Source: a virus
Reading direction: 5' to 3' (one strand)
DNA: 64,000 nucleotides
IMG/VR virus record: IMGVR_UViG_3300009374_000001
Coordinates: 11,248-75,247 of that record
Below the pieces are notes generated by a model, which was not told the DNA's origin, did no database searches, and was given only the letters and a program-made list of their open reading frames with translations. The position numbers were made by a program, and so were the translations under genes. Each line of letters starts with the position of its first letter. Position 1 is the first letter of the stretch. Of this stretch, positions 9,911-21,605 are shown piece after piece.

Positions 9911-11998
9911 ATGGCAACACCATTAATCAGAACATTACAAGTACAGGGCGGTACTTTGTATGCATTTACATCAGCGTCGCAAGACTTGACTATGGCGTTT
10001 GGTAATGAAGATCTTAACTTTGAATTTTCAAAGTTTGCATTAATAGATATTCCAGATATGGATGTCCCTTCACAGGGTGAAAATTTCATACAGTTTAATA
10101 CTATTGATGGAAGAATTTTTGATCAAGAACCAAACGATACTAACGTTGAGCTTGCTCAATCATTACAGAATTATGCATTAAATCTAGAATCATTATTATT
10201 AATAGATGATGATTATAATTCAGGTTTAAAGAGAACAGTAGCTGAGCGTGTATTCTGGAAATGGATGAAAGAACTGGGGGCAATAAGATTTCAAGAAGCA
10301 AGCGCAGATGATACTTTATTAACAAACAAGTATAAAGAAGAAAATAGCGTAGATAACCAATATAACCGCGTAGTAAAATATATGGGAGATATCGAAATAA
10401 CAAACAACGTGAACTACGCAGGAAACTCGTATTCAGAATTATATCTAAATATACCGAGTCATGTCGGTGCGCAACCTGCCATACTATTTGATACAATTTC
10501 AGATGCAAATTATTATCCATCAATGGCTGTACTAAATTCTAGCGAATATGTTTATGGCAGAGATGATAGTACAATACATCCAGATGGGCTAAGTATTAGT
10601 GCATATTATGACTATGATGCACTAGTTAATTATGGTACAGCAGAGACTAGCGATGGCACAGAAAATGCAAGATGGCATGAGGCATGGGAAGAAGACTCAT
10701 ATTATACAGATTTAACATTTGATAATGTAGAAAATGATTTAATTATAAAAGATCATGCTGATTACCCAACAGCAGACTCATTTACAACTATAACATACAA
10801 GCGTAGTAAATTAGACGGAATAAGTCTCGATTGGAATCCTGAATCATATAAAGAGATTCAAGATGAAGTAAATATGGAAACTTTATATGACTATGCACAG
10901 GCAAGCAACTCAAGCTCATTTAAGTTTAATGCTGCTTTGATTTATTATGATTTATACAATACATCTAATAGGGATGATTCTGTGACTAATTTGTATGGCA
11001 TACTAATTTTAGATAACATATATGAGACTACGAATAAATCATACATTCAGCGATATGATAAATTTAAGCCAGATGCAGTTACTAAACTTAATGGTAATGC
11101 ATACGGGTTAAAAGTTAATATTAAATTCGATACAAGCATTGATAATGTAGCAATAGAATCTAACATTAATGACTATAATACTATGTCAATGGATCTTTTT
11201 AATGATGCAAGTTTAATTATTCAAAATTCTGCGCACTTAGTTGAAAATATACAAGAACAAAGTAACTCATTCGCAGCTAGAATAGACAATTTAGAAGCAC
11301 TAGCTTTTTCAAGCACAAATGTTGTAGAAATGCAAGCTAAGTTAGCTGAATTTGAACAATCATTAATAGATGCAAAGATGATGTATGATAGTGCAACTTC
11401 TTTAGTTGACTTGATAAGTCAAAATGCAAACGATATTACTGCATTAGCAGATGGAGCACTAAATAAAAATATTCAATATAATCTCGATGTATTTGAAGGA
11501 AGTGATGGTATTTCTATAAGCAAAGCTTCGCCTAATTCAATTAAAATCATTAACAGAAATCAAGCATACAATATAAATAGATTTTATGAGTATGATAAAG
11601 ATACAAATGAAAAGTTTAATGAAGTCACAGCAGCTTCACCGTTTTCATTATTGACATCATCTAGTAAATCATTATACTTGAAGTTAATTCCGTTTACGAA
11701 TATGGCAAGGGTAAGCGTTGAAGATTCTGCAAACGATAATCTTAATATTTACATTGATGATTATATAAACAGATTTAAAAATGGTCAAACATTAAAAATT
11801 TCATGGAATAGCGAAATGGATTTGAATGGCTTTAATGTTAATATATTTACAGATTCAAGAAATAGATTTAGAACTGGAACATACGGTAAAATTATAAAAT
11901 CTATCTCAAATAGCAGTTTTATAACAAATAAACCAGTCATAGAAATTATATGTATTAGTGAAAGTACATATGAGTTCGGCATAGACATTTTAAGATAA
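9911..11998 (+). CDS. Putative virion structural protein
   Basis: 695-aa acidic Asn/Asp-rich ORF in the structural block, with a coiled-coil segment. Confidence 0.5.
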   Translation: MATPLIRTLQVQGGTLYAFTSASQDLTMAFGNEDLNFEFSKFALIDIPDMDVPSQGENFIQFNTIDGRIFDQEPNDTNVELAQSLQNYALNLESLLLIDDDYNSGLKRTVAERVFWKWMKELGAIRFQEASADDTLLTNKYKEENSVDNQYNRVVKYMGDIEITNNVNYAGNSYSELYLNIPSHVGAQPAILFDTISDANYYPSMAVLNSSEYVYGRDDSTIHPDGLSISAYYDYDALVNYGTAETSDGTENARWHEAWEEDSYYTDLTFDNVENDLIIKDHADYPTADSFTTITYKRSKLDGISLDWNPESYKEIQDEVNMETLYDYAQASNSSSFKFNAALIYYDLYNTSNRDDSVTNLYGILILDNIYETTNKSYIQRYDKFKPDAVTKLNGNAYGLKVNIKFDTSIDNVAIESNINDYNTMSMDLFNDASLIIQNSAHLVENIQEQSNSFAARIDNLEALAFSSTNVVEMQAKLAEFEQSLIDAKMMYDSATSLVDLISQNANDITALADGALNKNIQYNLDVFEGSDGISISKASPNSIKIINRNQAYNINRFYEYDKDTNEKFNEVTAASPFSLLTSSSKSLYLKLIPFTNMARVSVEDSANDNLNIYIDDYINRFKNGQTLKISWNSEMDLNGFNVNIFTDSRNRFRTGTYGKIIKSISNSSFITNKPVIEIICISESTYEFGIDILR

Positions 11999-12010
11999 AA
12001 ATAATAAAAG

Positions 12011-15000
12011 ATGGCAAATAACACAATAAATTCAGACGGTGATATTATAACAGAAAACCCTGTAACAGATATCCCTACAAATTCGTTAGCTAGTAAAGTT
12101 GCACAGTATGTAAGATTAAACACAAATGCAATAGATACTTATTCTAAGATTAGCGAAGCAGTTTATTCTGACAAAGATAACGTCACGCTTACGATATTGA
12201 AAGATGATCATTCAAGAGTAAATATCAATATACCTACATTTGGGTGGATGGTGAAAGAACTTGAAAGACTTAACTTGAATTTTGAAAATTTATCAAGTTT
12301 TTCAGGGCAAGAAGTTGCTGTTCAATTAGCAGACGGGACATTTCAAAAAGTAATAAAATCAGAATTGCTAAAAGAAGCAAATGATATCTCAGGGCTAGAA
12401 GTTCCAAGTAAATTTAATACTAAATCAAACTGGTTCTTTGAAGACTTTTTAAATCCACAGCTCTATATAGCGCTTGACTTTTCAGATAAAATTGACATCG
12501 CAACAGAAGATGTTAAAGTAAAAAGGTATATTCTTGATTTAAGTGAAAGCGTTATACAAGAACACTTTGATAATAATTTCAAAGGAAGCTCCTCTATTAA
12601 TCATGATTTGTTTAACAGCTTTTTAACTGATAATAACATATCATATGAATTAGATGAAGATATTGTTAAAATGCCACCAAGAACAGTTAATTATGAGGGT
12701 AATTTTTCAGTTATATCAATACTTAAAGACGCTAATGATAATAAAAACATTTATCAATTAAATAAACTTTCATACACAGATTTAAAGAGTGGAGTAAGTG
12801 ACGGTTTGATGATAAACACAGGAGATACATTAAAGCTCAATAATACTAATACAAGATATACAATTACAGCTATTGATAAAGCTACTAAAACTATTAAAGT
12901 TAATTTAATGGACGGGAGAGATATACTCAAGGTAGGAGCAAATGTTCTATCAATCTATAAGGGATATGAGAGTGATTTATCAACTAATATAAATATAGGA
13001 TTTGATGAAAATTTAGTTATATTCGTTAAGGGAATCAATCCAATTAGTAAAATAGAGTCGAAGCACTGGTCAAATGGTATTGGATTTAGTAGTAATGAAC
13101 TAACGATTATAGATAGTGCTGGTAAACATATGAGCTTAGCAGATTATTATGATGAATATGTCGTAGACTTCGGTAGATTTATACATTCATATCAATTAGA
13201 TAATGTCCCGCCATCAGCATTTGGAGTTACTCCAAATGCACCAGAACTTGATAGTAGAGATTTTAGAGTAACATCTATTAACGATCATCTTACAGGTTCT
13301 GATGCATTTAAAAATGTACAAGATTTACAATCAACGAAAGAAGAAGCAGAGAGTAAGGTTAAAGCATTCGATACAGAGCTTAAAGCTCAACGAGATCTAA
13401 TGAGTAACAAAGAGTACTCGACAGATGCTGAATATCAAGCAGATAGAACTGTATATAGAAGTTTAGTAAATGACCGTGAAACTGAAAGCACGCTATTTGC
13501 TTCAGTTGTAAGGGATATTAAAAGTACTATTAATGATACTAATTTAGTTAACGTAAGCCCAAAGTACAGAGTTCGTGGTTTTTGGGAGATTCCACAAGCA
13601 CAAACTCATAAATCTACAGGAGACCAGAAAGTTATAGGGTTTATACTTAACTATAGATATTTAACAAAGTCTGGAGATTCTAGCAATACTGAAACATTTG
13701 ACTTTGGTAGTGAAGATTCAAAGAAGCGTGGTACATTTTCTGATTGGATCGAAATGAAATCACCAGTATTAATACGAGCACTAAATGCATCAGGTAAATA
13801 CGAATGGGTTAGTAGCTCAGTTGAGAATGGAGATCTTATAAATATCAATCAACTAGATATTCCGATTAACTATGGTGAAACTGTAGAAGTTAGAATTAAA
13901 TCAGTTTCAGAAGCAGGCTATCCAAGTAATTCTATGATGTCAGAATGGAGCAACTCAATTAGAATTAATTTCCCTGATTCTTTAAATAAGTTAACACCAC
14001 TAGGCTCTATTATAAAGGAAAATTTACAAGATTTATCTAAAATCAAAATGTGGGAAGAGCTACAGGGCTTAGGCGTTTTTAGCCATGTAGAATCATCTTA
14101 TAAATCAGGAGGTAAAGAGTATTTGCATGATGCAAATTCAATTTCATCTGGCTTCTTTACACCAGAACAAAGCCCAATAGCATTATATGATAAGCTTAAC
14201 GAATTATCAAATATGATTAGCCAGTTGCAAACAGAATTAAGTAAAACTAAAGGCGAAATGAGTGTTAAAGTAATTGCTCCAGATGGTACTATTATTCCAG
14301 TTAAGATAAATGGAACTACAAACATTTTTGCAGGATTTTATAAGAATGACGTAGAAGGCATGGCTATTAAAAAAGGTGCAATTATTAGTAAAGAATATGA
14401 AGTGGTTATAGAAAATATACAAGCTGGACCAGTCGAACTTGCAAGTTTACTCCCAGGGAGTGTAAATACAGAAATTTACTCATCTGGAGATTTTTTCAAT
14501 AATGGTAATGAAGTTTCATCTGTAGTCGACAATAACTTATATTTTATGAATAACGGGAGATATGACTATGTGCCTGTTAATTATATGTCTGAGCTAGATC
14601 AATTACAACCATATCAGGGAAGACAGACAAATGGACAGAGCGTGTATGTAAGACTTAAGTCTATCGATGGTGCGCATAATAACTATTCAGATATTGATTT
14701 AGATACAAATTCTGTTCCAGCAAATGCAAATAGAAATAATTATGAATACAGTGCAGATTCTATTCCAAGTACAGAAGTTGGAGGTAGCACAGCATTTATA
14801 TGGAAGTATAAATATTTTAACATGCACCCAGAGTTAATAGACACAAGCAATGTAAATGATTATGCTAATTCTTTATATGTGCATAAAGATCACCCTATTG
14901 TAGCAGACTATCACCCTGCAGCATTTGAATATAGCGCAGAAGTTACAACAGCATTGTCAGATATAAATACAAACGGCAAAATTGTTCATAATAAGTATTT

Positions 15001-15460
15001 TAAAACAACGCTCAATAACGCATATTTTAATGACGGAAATAGAGCAATGAAGTCACAATTTGTTGAAAACGATCAATATCTACTAGGCGGCAGAAGCTGC
15101 GGGTGTTATCTTTTTGTCAAATTAAACAACAAAGAAAGTTTAAATATTGGAGGTGAAACTCAATTCTCATATAAAAATATAGCAATGGGCTCAGAAAATG
15201 CAATAAGATTTCCTATAGTATTTCAATACAGAATGACAGATTATTCTGGAGCGAATGATGGTGGCTCTGGCTTTATAGACGGAGATCCAGAAAATTCAGG
15301 CTTTTTACAATACAACAAAACAATAGGTTTTGATATTAAAGAAAAAGATAATGATATTACAAGCTTTGATTTGAAATTTAATGTAACGTATAAAGAACTA
15401 GGATTTGGGAGTACGAAATTTAGCCCACAGGACTTAGGTAACACCGGCGGTGAACAATAA
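12011..15460 (+). CDS. Large putative virion structural protein
   Basis: 1149 aa; coiled-coil plus FnIII-like segment (VEVRIKSVSEAGYP...SEWSN). Confidence 0.5.
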   Translation: MANNTINSDGDIITENPVTDIPTNSLASKVAQYVRLNTNAIDTYSKISEAVYSDKDNVTLTILKDDHSRVNINIPTFGWMVKELERLNLNFENLSSFSGQEVAVQLADGTFQKVIKSELLKEANDISGLEVPSKFNTKSNWFFEDFLNPQLYIALDFSDKIDIATEDVKVKRYILDLSESVIQEHFDNNFKGSSSINHDLFNSFLTDNNISYELDEDIVKMPPRTVNYEGNFSVISILKDANDNKNIYQLNKLSYTDLKSGVSDGLMINTGDTLKLNNTNTRYTITAIDKATKTIKVNLMDGRDILKVGANVLSIYKGYESDLSTNINIGFDENLVIFVKGINPISKIESKHWSNGIGFSSNELTIIDSAGKHMSLADYYDEYVVDFGRFIHSYQLDNVPPSAFGVTPNAPELDSRDFRVTSINDHLTGSDAFKNVQDLQSTKEEAESKVKAFDTELKAQRDLMSNKEYSTDAEYQADRTVYRSLVNDRETESTLFASVVRDIKSTINDTNLVNVSPKYRVRGFWEIPQAQTHKSTGDQKVIGFILNYRYLTKSGDSSNTETFDFGSEDSKKRGTFSDWIEMKSPVLIRALNASGKYEWVSSSVENGDLININQLDIPINYGETVEVRIKSVSEAGYPSNSMMSEWSNSIRINFPDSLNKLTPLGSIIKENLQDLSKIKMWEELQGLGVFSHVESSYKSGGKEYLHDANSISSGFFTPEQSPIALYDKLNELSNMISQLQTELSKTKGEMSVKVIAPDGTIIPVKINGTTNIFAGFYKNDVEGMAIKKGAIISKEYEVVIENIQAGPVELASLLPGSVNTEIYSSGDFFNNGNEVSSVVDNNLYFMNNGRYDYVPVNYMSELDQLQPYQGRQTNGQSVYVRLKSIDGAHNNYSDIDLDTNSVPANANRNNYEYSADSIPSTEVGGSTAFIWKYKYFNMHPELIDTSNVNDYANSLYVHKDHPIVADYHPAAFEYSAEVTTALSDINTNGKIVHNKYFKTTLNNAYFNDGNRAMKSQFVENDQYLLGGRSCGCYLFVKLNNKESLNIGGETQFSYKNIAMGSENAIRFPIVFQYRMTDYSGANDGGSGFIDGDPENSGFLQYNKTIGFDIKEKDNDITSFDLKFNVTYKELGFGSTKFSPQDLGNTGGEQ

Positions 15461-15478
15461 AAATAATATTTAAATATA

Positions 15479-18400
15479 GTGAATGTAGATTTAACTCATG
15501 ATGCATCATTTCAACTATTACGAACAAATCCTAAGTTAACTGGAAACGTTAAACTGATTGCTAATAGTTCAAATGATATTTTTTTAGAAGCTTTTGATGT
15601 TGGGAGTGCTTTAAGTAAAAAGAAGTATAAAAAGTACCCAGTATCAAGTTCTGGAAAGTATGAAGAAGACTTGATTCGTTTTTATGATAACGGAAATTTA
15701 TCTCTAAAGAATATTTTTGAAATTGAAAATATACAATTAGATGTAAAGCGCAAGTTTAATTCACAGTATTATACGAAATATTGGTCTGGTGGTGATTACG
15801 CTCCAAATTACTATGATGAAAATTTTAGCTATTTTGCTCCACTATGGCTTAATAAAAATGTTCCAGATTATTTTATAATTTTTAGAAATGAAGATAGTTT
15901 AACAGAGCATATTGATGAATCTAATTTATTTGAAAAATCAACAATTGTTAAAACATTTAGTCTAAAGGAAGATAGTTCAATAGGGAAGTATATAAGAAGC
16001 TACTCAGATAGGCTTTTTCAATACTCAGATGCTCTATCAATTTCATTTAATAAAAATATAGGTGCAACTATTACAGGCATCGATGTAACTAAGGGTGGTT
16101 TTGTCAATAAAAGCGAAATAATAAACAGCAATTTTATATCGACAGACGGGAGCATTATTAACGATGATGAATATATTACTTTAGGGTTTGAACGAAATGG
16201 GTTAGCAATTGGAAATATCTTGAATCTTGAATTTATGTTTAACGATGAAAATGCTGAAATTTTTAAGCCTTATAGATATTTCGGTTTATATATATCTGAG
16301 AATGAACTCGGGACTTTTAGATTAGACGGCTCAGCTGCGCTACGTGATATAGATAATGAAAAAAATCAAATACCTAAAATTTCTAGCGAGTATGACACTA
16401 ATGAAACAAATTTAAGTGACTTTATCCAAGCGAATATAGACGGAATAGCAGTATATCCAGAATATGAATCTACGCCAAAGTCTCAATATATGAGTGATAA
16501 GCCAAGTTATTTAATCCCGAATGAAGAAGACTTGCAGTTTAACTCAGTATTTTATTTAAAAGGAAAAAGCGGTGATTTTTATAATTTTAAGAATAATTCT
16601 GATAGTAGCTTTAAGAAGATTAGACTTGCAGCTAACAAAATTAACTGGAAAGATTTAACAGGTGGTAATGAAATAGTACTATCAGCGCATGTACAGCAGA
16701 ATAATATAAATGGTATAGCAAGATTTGAATTTGCAATGAAAGATGCTCCTAAGCATGGTGATAGATTTTTTATAGCTAGACCTAAAAGACAATCATATGA
16801 ACTAATTCTTTCAAATGTTTCTGAGTTTGACACTATTAGAATAGCATATACAGAAAAAGATTACATCGATTTTGCAATACCACCAGATTCAGGAGATATT
16901 TTAGGTGAAGCATATCAAGCTTGCATAGATGCATGGGAATCTACGCCTGTTCTTGAATTTACAAAGTACCAAGTTTCTAGACAGGGAGATAAGCTTGTAA
17001 TTCTTGAAAATGATTTTCACGGAGAAGACTCAGATTTTAATGTTAGTAATTTATCAGGCGGAGATACCTCATGTACTTTAAATAAATTGGTATCATCAGA
17101 ATTTAAAAAATATGTAGTAACTGCTATTGATCATAATCTTATAAGCGAGGGTGAATTATTAACGCTTAAAAGAGGCAAGCATTTAAATAAATTCTTTTCT
17201 AATCAAGGTACTCTTAAAGAAGTTACTAATGCACTTGTTGATGCATTAAACGAGGGTGAAAATCTCCCATATAAAGTTATTATCATAGATAAAAATTCAC
17301 ATAAAATTCTTGCTACTGCAAAGAGCGATGGTGAAAGATCAAATTCTATAATATTTGGAGAATATAAATTGAATACTGGAGATTCTATAAGTTTAGAATT
17401 TCAAGCAATATCTCAGCATAACATCGATGGATATAATAGCTGGAGTTTTATTGGCGGGAGTGATTCCCCATATAATAAAATAACAATAGATAAAGATTTG
17501 TTTTCAGCATTTAATGAAGATGAGAAATTTATAAGGGGAATTAGACCGCCAAGTAGAGATAACGAGCTACTCCAGATAGCATACGTATGTTCTTATATCG
17601 ACGAACCAATATATGATACGCTAAACAACATAATAGATTTTAGAGATATTGATACAAAGGTAACAGTTTATACAGAAAAAAATACAAAAATATACATAGA
17701 CTCAACAGAATCAATTGGCTTGTATGAGCTATATAACATACCATTTGGTGCACTATCTATATTTAAAGTAAAAGACTTTGATTTTAATTTCTATAGCACA
17801 GAATATAGTATTTCCGATGAATTGAAAAGTGAATTAATTTTTTATAAAGACATTTTTAATAATGCGACTAATAACAACCCAGATATAGAATACTTTATAA
17901 ATAACGTAGGCTTTAATTCTGTCAACACAGTTGATTCAAATGGAACGATAATACCAGCAGAAAATGAGTATACATTGTTTAATGAAAATGCAGGAAATAA
18001 TAAGCATAAGTCTAGAATAAATCCATATATTACTAAATGGTCATCATTATCAAATACAGATTCTAGATTAAATCCGCATAGATTAAATTCTTCGATAGCA
18101 TTTAGTAATGCAGGCATTTTGCCAATCACAAAGGCAGATGAACGACTTTCTTTTGCATTTACGCACGAATGGTTCTATCTTCATACAATGCCAAATTGGC
18201 TAGGAGCGGTTGATTTAGAATTAAACGATATTAAAAACTATTTTGACTATGCGATAGACATAAGCGAAGATGGCTTATATAATAGCAATGTCAATTACTT
18301 TGAAAAGTACTTCACGATTAATACACTAAGGAAAGTTATTTTAGATGATTTAGCAAATCCATATAGTGCAACTGTAACTAGAGGAGAACAGGAAGTTGTA

Positions 18401-20140
18401 GAAACTCAGCATAGATATAGCAAAGTTAATGCACATGGTGAAACTATTTTTAGAGGAGTAAAGTTTAAAATTAGCAATACCATCCCATCTAACGGTGATA
18501 TTAATGAAACTAACTATAATAACTATAAGTTTTCTGCTATTCTTATTCCTCACGACGGCACTAACTATGGAGAAGATAAGAAGCGTTTTGAAATTAAAAT
18601 CATAATGAATAAAAAGTTTAAAAATATAACATTCTTAGTATTTTTACAGCTTGACCACTTCATGACAGACTTTGCAGTTGATAGAACGTTACTTTACTCA
18701 TTAGATACTTTTTATGAAGATTTATCTGGTACATCAGTAGGTGATTTACAAATCCAAGGCATTATTGACTGTAGAGCTGAAGAAATTAGCGGCACAGATT
18801 TTTTAAATGGGATTGTTAAAGGCAGCTATGACGATAGAGGAATGCCAAGCAGATTTAAAGAAGATATTAAGCTTAATGAAGAGGGCGTGTTTAATTCAAT
18901 TAGAATAGATTATTTAGATTTAATATTTGACGTTGATAAAGTTATTTCAAATGGTGAACTAAGTTGTAGCAATTTTAGATATATTTCAACTGGAGAAATT
19001 GCATCACAGCCAACTACTATATCAAATTCAATATTAAGAGAATCAGAGTATGTTTATGAAAATGGTAGATTTAAAGCTGCATCTGGCATTTTAAGTAATT
19101 TAGCGATTGGGAACGTAGCTAAATTGCTAGCAGAAAACTCAGATTTTATTTCGTATGAAACTATTGATGAAAATGGAATTCTTTCGCAAAGCCAGTATAG
19201 CGTATCAGTAATTGACCAGACTGCATATTCAACAGCATTTGGAGATTTATATAGATATGGAGATAAATTTATGCCTAAGTTTAATGATGTAATTAGAACG
19301 TCCCATTATAGAATTAATGAATTTGATAATGCTGAAATAACTGAGAATGATAGAAACGCTGTTATATTTAATGCATTTAAAAATAGAAGCACAGAAGTTT
19401 TTAATGATATAGGTGGTGCTTTAATAGAAGGGCTATCATATAATGCCGTGATGAATAATTATATACCAAGCAACGGGGGTGTGCTAGGTTTAATAGACCC
19501 TGTAAGAATGAAAGATTTAAACGTTTTTGATAGCACATGGGCCAATGGCTATTACACGCAAAGCTACTCTGTTAATAAACATGTTCTACAGAACGACATT
19601 CCAAATTTACTAGAGCATAAGGCGATGTTTGGCTCTAAGATGATAAATTTAATTGATGAATTCGAAGCTGAGTACTTTATAGCAGATGAATTAACTTACA
19701 CAGAATTAAATGAAGTAAGGTATATAGAAGGTGGAAGTAATATTAGATATGCTGAAACGCAAACACAGATACTATTAGATATAGACGTAACAAAAATAGC
19801 AATAAATGCTATATATGATACGTTTGTTAAGAACACGCTAAGCTTATATTTAAATGAAAGAGATAGTAAAGAATATATTTTTAATAATTTATTGGATAAA
19901 TATAATGTAGAAAGTATACAACTATATTCTGTTATTTCAACTGATGCAAATTTAAATGAGAGTTTACCGGTAGTTAACTTTCTAAATATGAATGACAAAC
20001 TTAACTTAGGATATTCAATAAATAATAATTATAGTACTGAACAGTCTATAAAAAATAAATATGATGTGAGAATTATAGTTAATAAAACTAAAGGCTATAA
20101 CTATTCATTTTCACCTACAATAAAAATGATAAAGATTTAA
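15479..20140 (+). CDS. Large putative virion structural protein
   Basis: 1553-aa ORF with GTG start in the structural block; no recognisable enzyme motif. Confidence 0.5.
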   Translation: MNVDLTHDASFQLLRTNPKLTGNVKLIANSSNDIFLEAFDVGSALSKKKYKKYPVSSSGKYEEDLIRFYDNGNLSLKNIFEIENIQLDVKRKFNSQYYTKYWSGGDYAPNYYDENFSYFAPLWLNKNVPDYFIIFRNEDSLTEHIDESNLFEKSTIVKTFSLKEDSSIGKYIRSYSDRLFQYSDALSISFNKNIGATITGIDVTKGGFVNKSEIINSNFISTDGSIINDDEYITLGFERNGLAIGNILNLEFMFNDENAEIFKPYRYFGLYISENELGTFRLDGSAALRDIDNEKNQIPKISSEYDTNETNLSDFIQANIDGIAVYPEYESTPKSQYMSDKPSYLIPNEEDLQFNSVFYLKGKSGDFYNFKNNSDSSFKKIRLAANKINWKDLTGGNEIVLSAHVQQNNINGIARFEFAMKDAPKHGDRFFIARPKRQSYELILSNVSEFDTIRIAYTEKDYIDFAIPPDSGDILGEAYQACIDAWESTPVLEFTKYQVSRQGDKLVILENDFHGEDSDFNVSNLSGGDTSCTLNKLVSSEFKKYVVTAIDHNLISEGELLTLKRGKHLNKFFSNQGTLKEVTNALVDALNEGENLPYKVIIIDKNSHKILATAKSDGERSNSIIFGEYKLNTGDSISLEFQAISQHNIDGYNSWSFIGGSDSPYNKITIDKDLFSAFNEDEKFIRGIRPPSRDNELLQIAYVCSYIDEPIYDTLNNIIDFRDIDTKVTVYTEKNTKIYIDSTESIGLYELYNIPFGALSIFKVKDFDFNFYSTEYSISDELKSELIFYKDIFNNATNNNPDIEYFINNVGFNSVNTVDSNGTIIPAENEYTLFNENAGNNKHKSRINPYITKWSSLSNTDSRLNPHRLNSSIAFSNAGILPITKADERLSFAFTHEWFYLHTMPNWLGAVDLELNDIKNYFDYAIDISEDGLYNSNVNYFEKYFTINTLRKVILDDLANPYSATVTRGEQEVVETQHRYSKVNAHGETIFRGVKFKISNTIPSNGDINETNYNNYKFSAILIPHDGTNYGEDKKRFEIKIIMNKKFKNITFLVFLQLDHFMTDFAVDRTLLYSLDTFYEDLSGTSVGDLQIQGIIDCRAEEISGTDFLNGIVKGSYDDRGMPSRFKEDIKLNEEGVFNSIRIDYLDLIFDVDKVISNGELSCSNFRYISTGEIASQPTTISNSILRESEYVYENGRFKAASGILSNLAIGNVAKLLAENSDFISYETIDENGILSQSQYSVSVIDQTAYSTAFGDLYRYGDKFMPKFNDVIRTSHYRINEFDNAEITENDRNAVIFNAFKNRSTEVFNDIGGALIEGLSYNAVMNNYIPSNGGVLGLIDPVRMKDLNVFDSTWANGYYTQSYSVNKHVLQNDIPNLLEHKAMFGSKMINLIDEFEAEYFIADELTYTELNEVRYIEGGSNIRYAETQTQILLDIDVTKIAINAIYDTFVKNTLSLYLNERDSKEYIFNNLLDKYNVESIQLYSVISTDANLNESLPVVNFLNMNDKLNLGYSINNNYSTEQSIKNKYDVRIIVNKTKGYNYSFSPTIKMIKI

Positions 20141-20141
20141 T

Positions 20142-21590
20142 ATGTCAAATATAAAAATTAAAGAATTAACAAGTGCTGATAAACTTTCTGAGTTAGTTGG
20201 GAAGCTTAATTATAATTTTAACCAAATTTTAATCAATGGCGGAGGACCAGCTGGGTTTCGTGGAGAGGAAGGGCCCCAGGGTTTAATGGGTTTAATTGGA
20301 CAACCTGGAGAACAAGGCATACAGGGTCTTCAAGGAGATGCTGGCTTAGATTTAACAGAAGAGTGGATTCAGCATAATCAAAACGGTGCTAGAATACTAA
20401 CGCCTGGCATTGATGAAACTGGAAACCCTGCCAAAATATTACTAGGGGCAAACGACTATGCATCATATGATGATTGGAACGAAATTGGTAACTACTCTGA
20501 TGGAGGGTATATTTCAAGTATTGTAGATGGGACAAATATAGTCAATAATGCTATTTTTGGGCATACTACCATGATAGGTGGAGATGGAAAATATCAAGCT
20601 TCTCAATTTGCAAGGTTTGCTGTAGATAATACAGGTACTTTACTTATACAGGGCGCGCAATCAATTGCTTCAGGAGCAGAAAATGGACTCATTATAGAAT
20701 CTATAGATGCATTTATTAAATTACAAAATTCTGCAGCAGGAACTCCGTCATATACAATAGAAGATTCGCATTGGTTTAAGGGTGGTCATGTAATATTAGA
20801 AGATATTGATTTACAGTTATCCTATAATGAGCAAGGTCCGGGTGGTTTTATTAAAATTCTTGATCAAGATGGCAATATTCATAATTCGTTATGGCTTGAC
20901 ATGGATAACACTTTACATATAGGCCCAAACAGTTCTCAAATTGATCAGATTACTTTTTCTACAAATATAAATGGAAAGTACGTAAGCATAGATGAAAATA
21001 GATTACTTATTAATTCGGGTGCAATAACAGAGTCTAGTGATTTAAAGTCTAACTTTCAAATTGATAAAGATTTTGCAATTGAAACAAATGAAAGATGGGT
21101 TATATTTGGAAATAACTTCCATAGTATAACTACAGGAGATGAGCCTATTGAGAAGACTTGGAGTGAGGATGACAGTTTTGCACTTGCAATTGATAAACTA
21201 AGCAAAGAGTTTAATATTATTGCATTTGATGGAGATGCTGGAGAAATAGATAATTACAGAGTAGCATTTAAAATGGATAAAAACGGGAGTTTAGAAATAG
21301 ACTCAAGTTTTTTAAACCCGCCATTAAAGACAGGGAGTTATTTAAATCATTCTGCACTTGAACCAAGATATGTTTCTCAAGGTGGATTTAATAGCACTAT
21401 TGCTGGATTTACAGAAGATGTTTGGATCAAAAGTTTCACTGGATATAACGCAGAACTTAAATGGGTCGATGCTACGTATAAAGCAGTATATGAACCAGAT
21501 GAACAAACTGGGATAGATGGAAATGGTATGATAAGTTTTATAACAGGAGATGGAAAAATGCATTTTGCAGGAGTACATGAAAATAATTAA
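20142..21590 (+). CDS. Tail fibre-like protein with short collagen-like Gly-X-Y region
   Basis: GPAGFRGEEGPQGLMGLIGQPGEQGIQGLQGDAG after KLNYNFNQI. Confidence 0.65.
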   Translation: MSNIKIKELTSADKLSELVGKLNYNFNQILINGGGPAGFRGEEGPQGLMGLIGQPGEQGIQGLQGDAGLDLTEEWIQHNQNGARILTPGIDETGNPAKILLGANDYASYDDWNEIGNYSDGGYISSIVDGTNIVNNAIFGHTTMIGGDGKYQASQFARFAVDNTGTLLIQGAQSIASGAENGLIIESIDAFIKLQNSAAGTPSYTIEDSHWFKGGHVILEDIDLQLSYNEQGPGGFIKILDQDGNIHNSLWLDMDNTLHIGPNSSQIDQITFSTNINGKYVSIDENRLLINSGAITESSDLKSNFQIDKDFAIETNERWVIFGNNFHSITTGDEPIEKTWSEDDSFALAIDKLSKEFNIIAFDGDAGEIDNYRVAFKMDKNGSLEIDSSFLNPPLKTGSYLNHSALEPRYVSQGGFNSTIAGFTEDVWIKSFTGYNAELKWVDATYKAVYEPDEQTGIDGNGMISFITGDGKMHFAGVHENN

Positions 21591-21605
21591 ATAAAAAGAT
21601 AAATA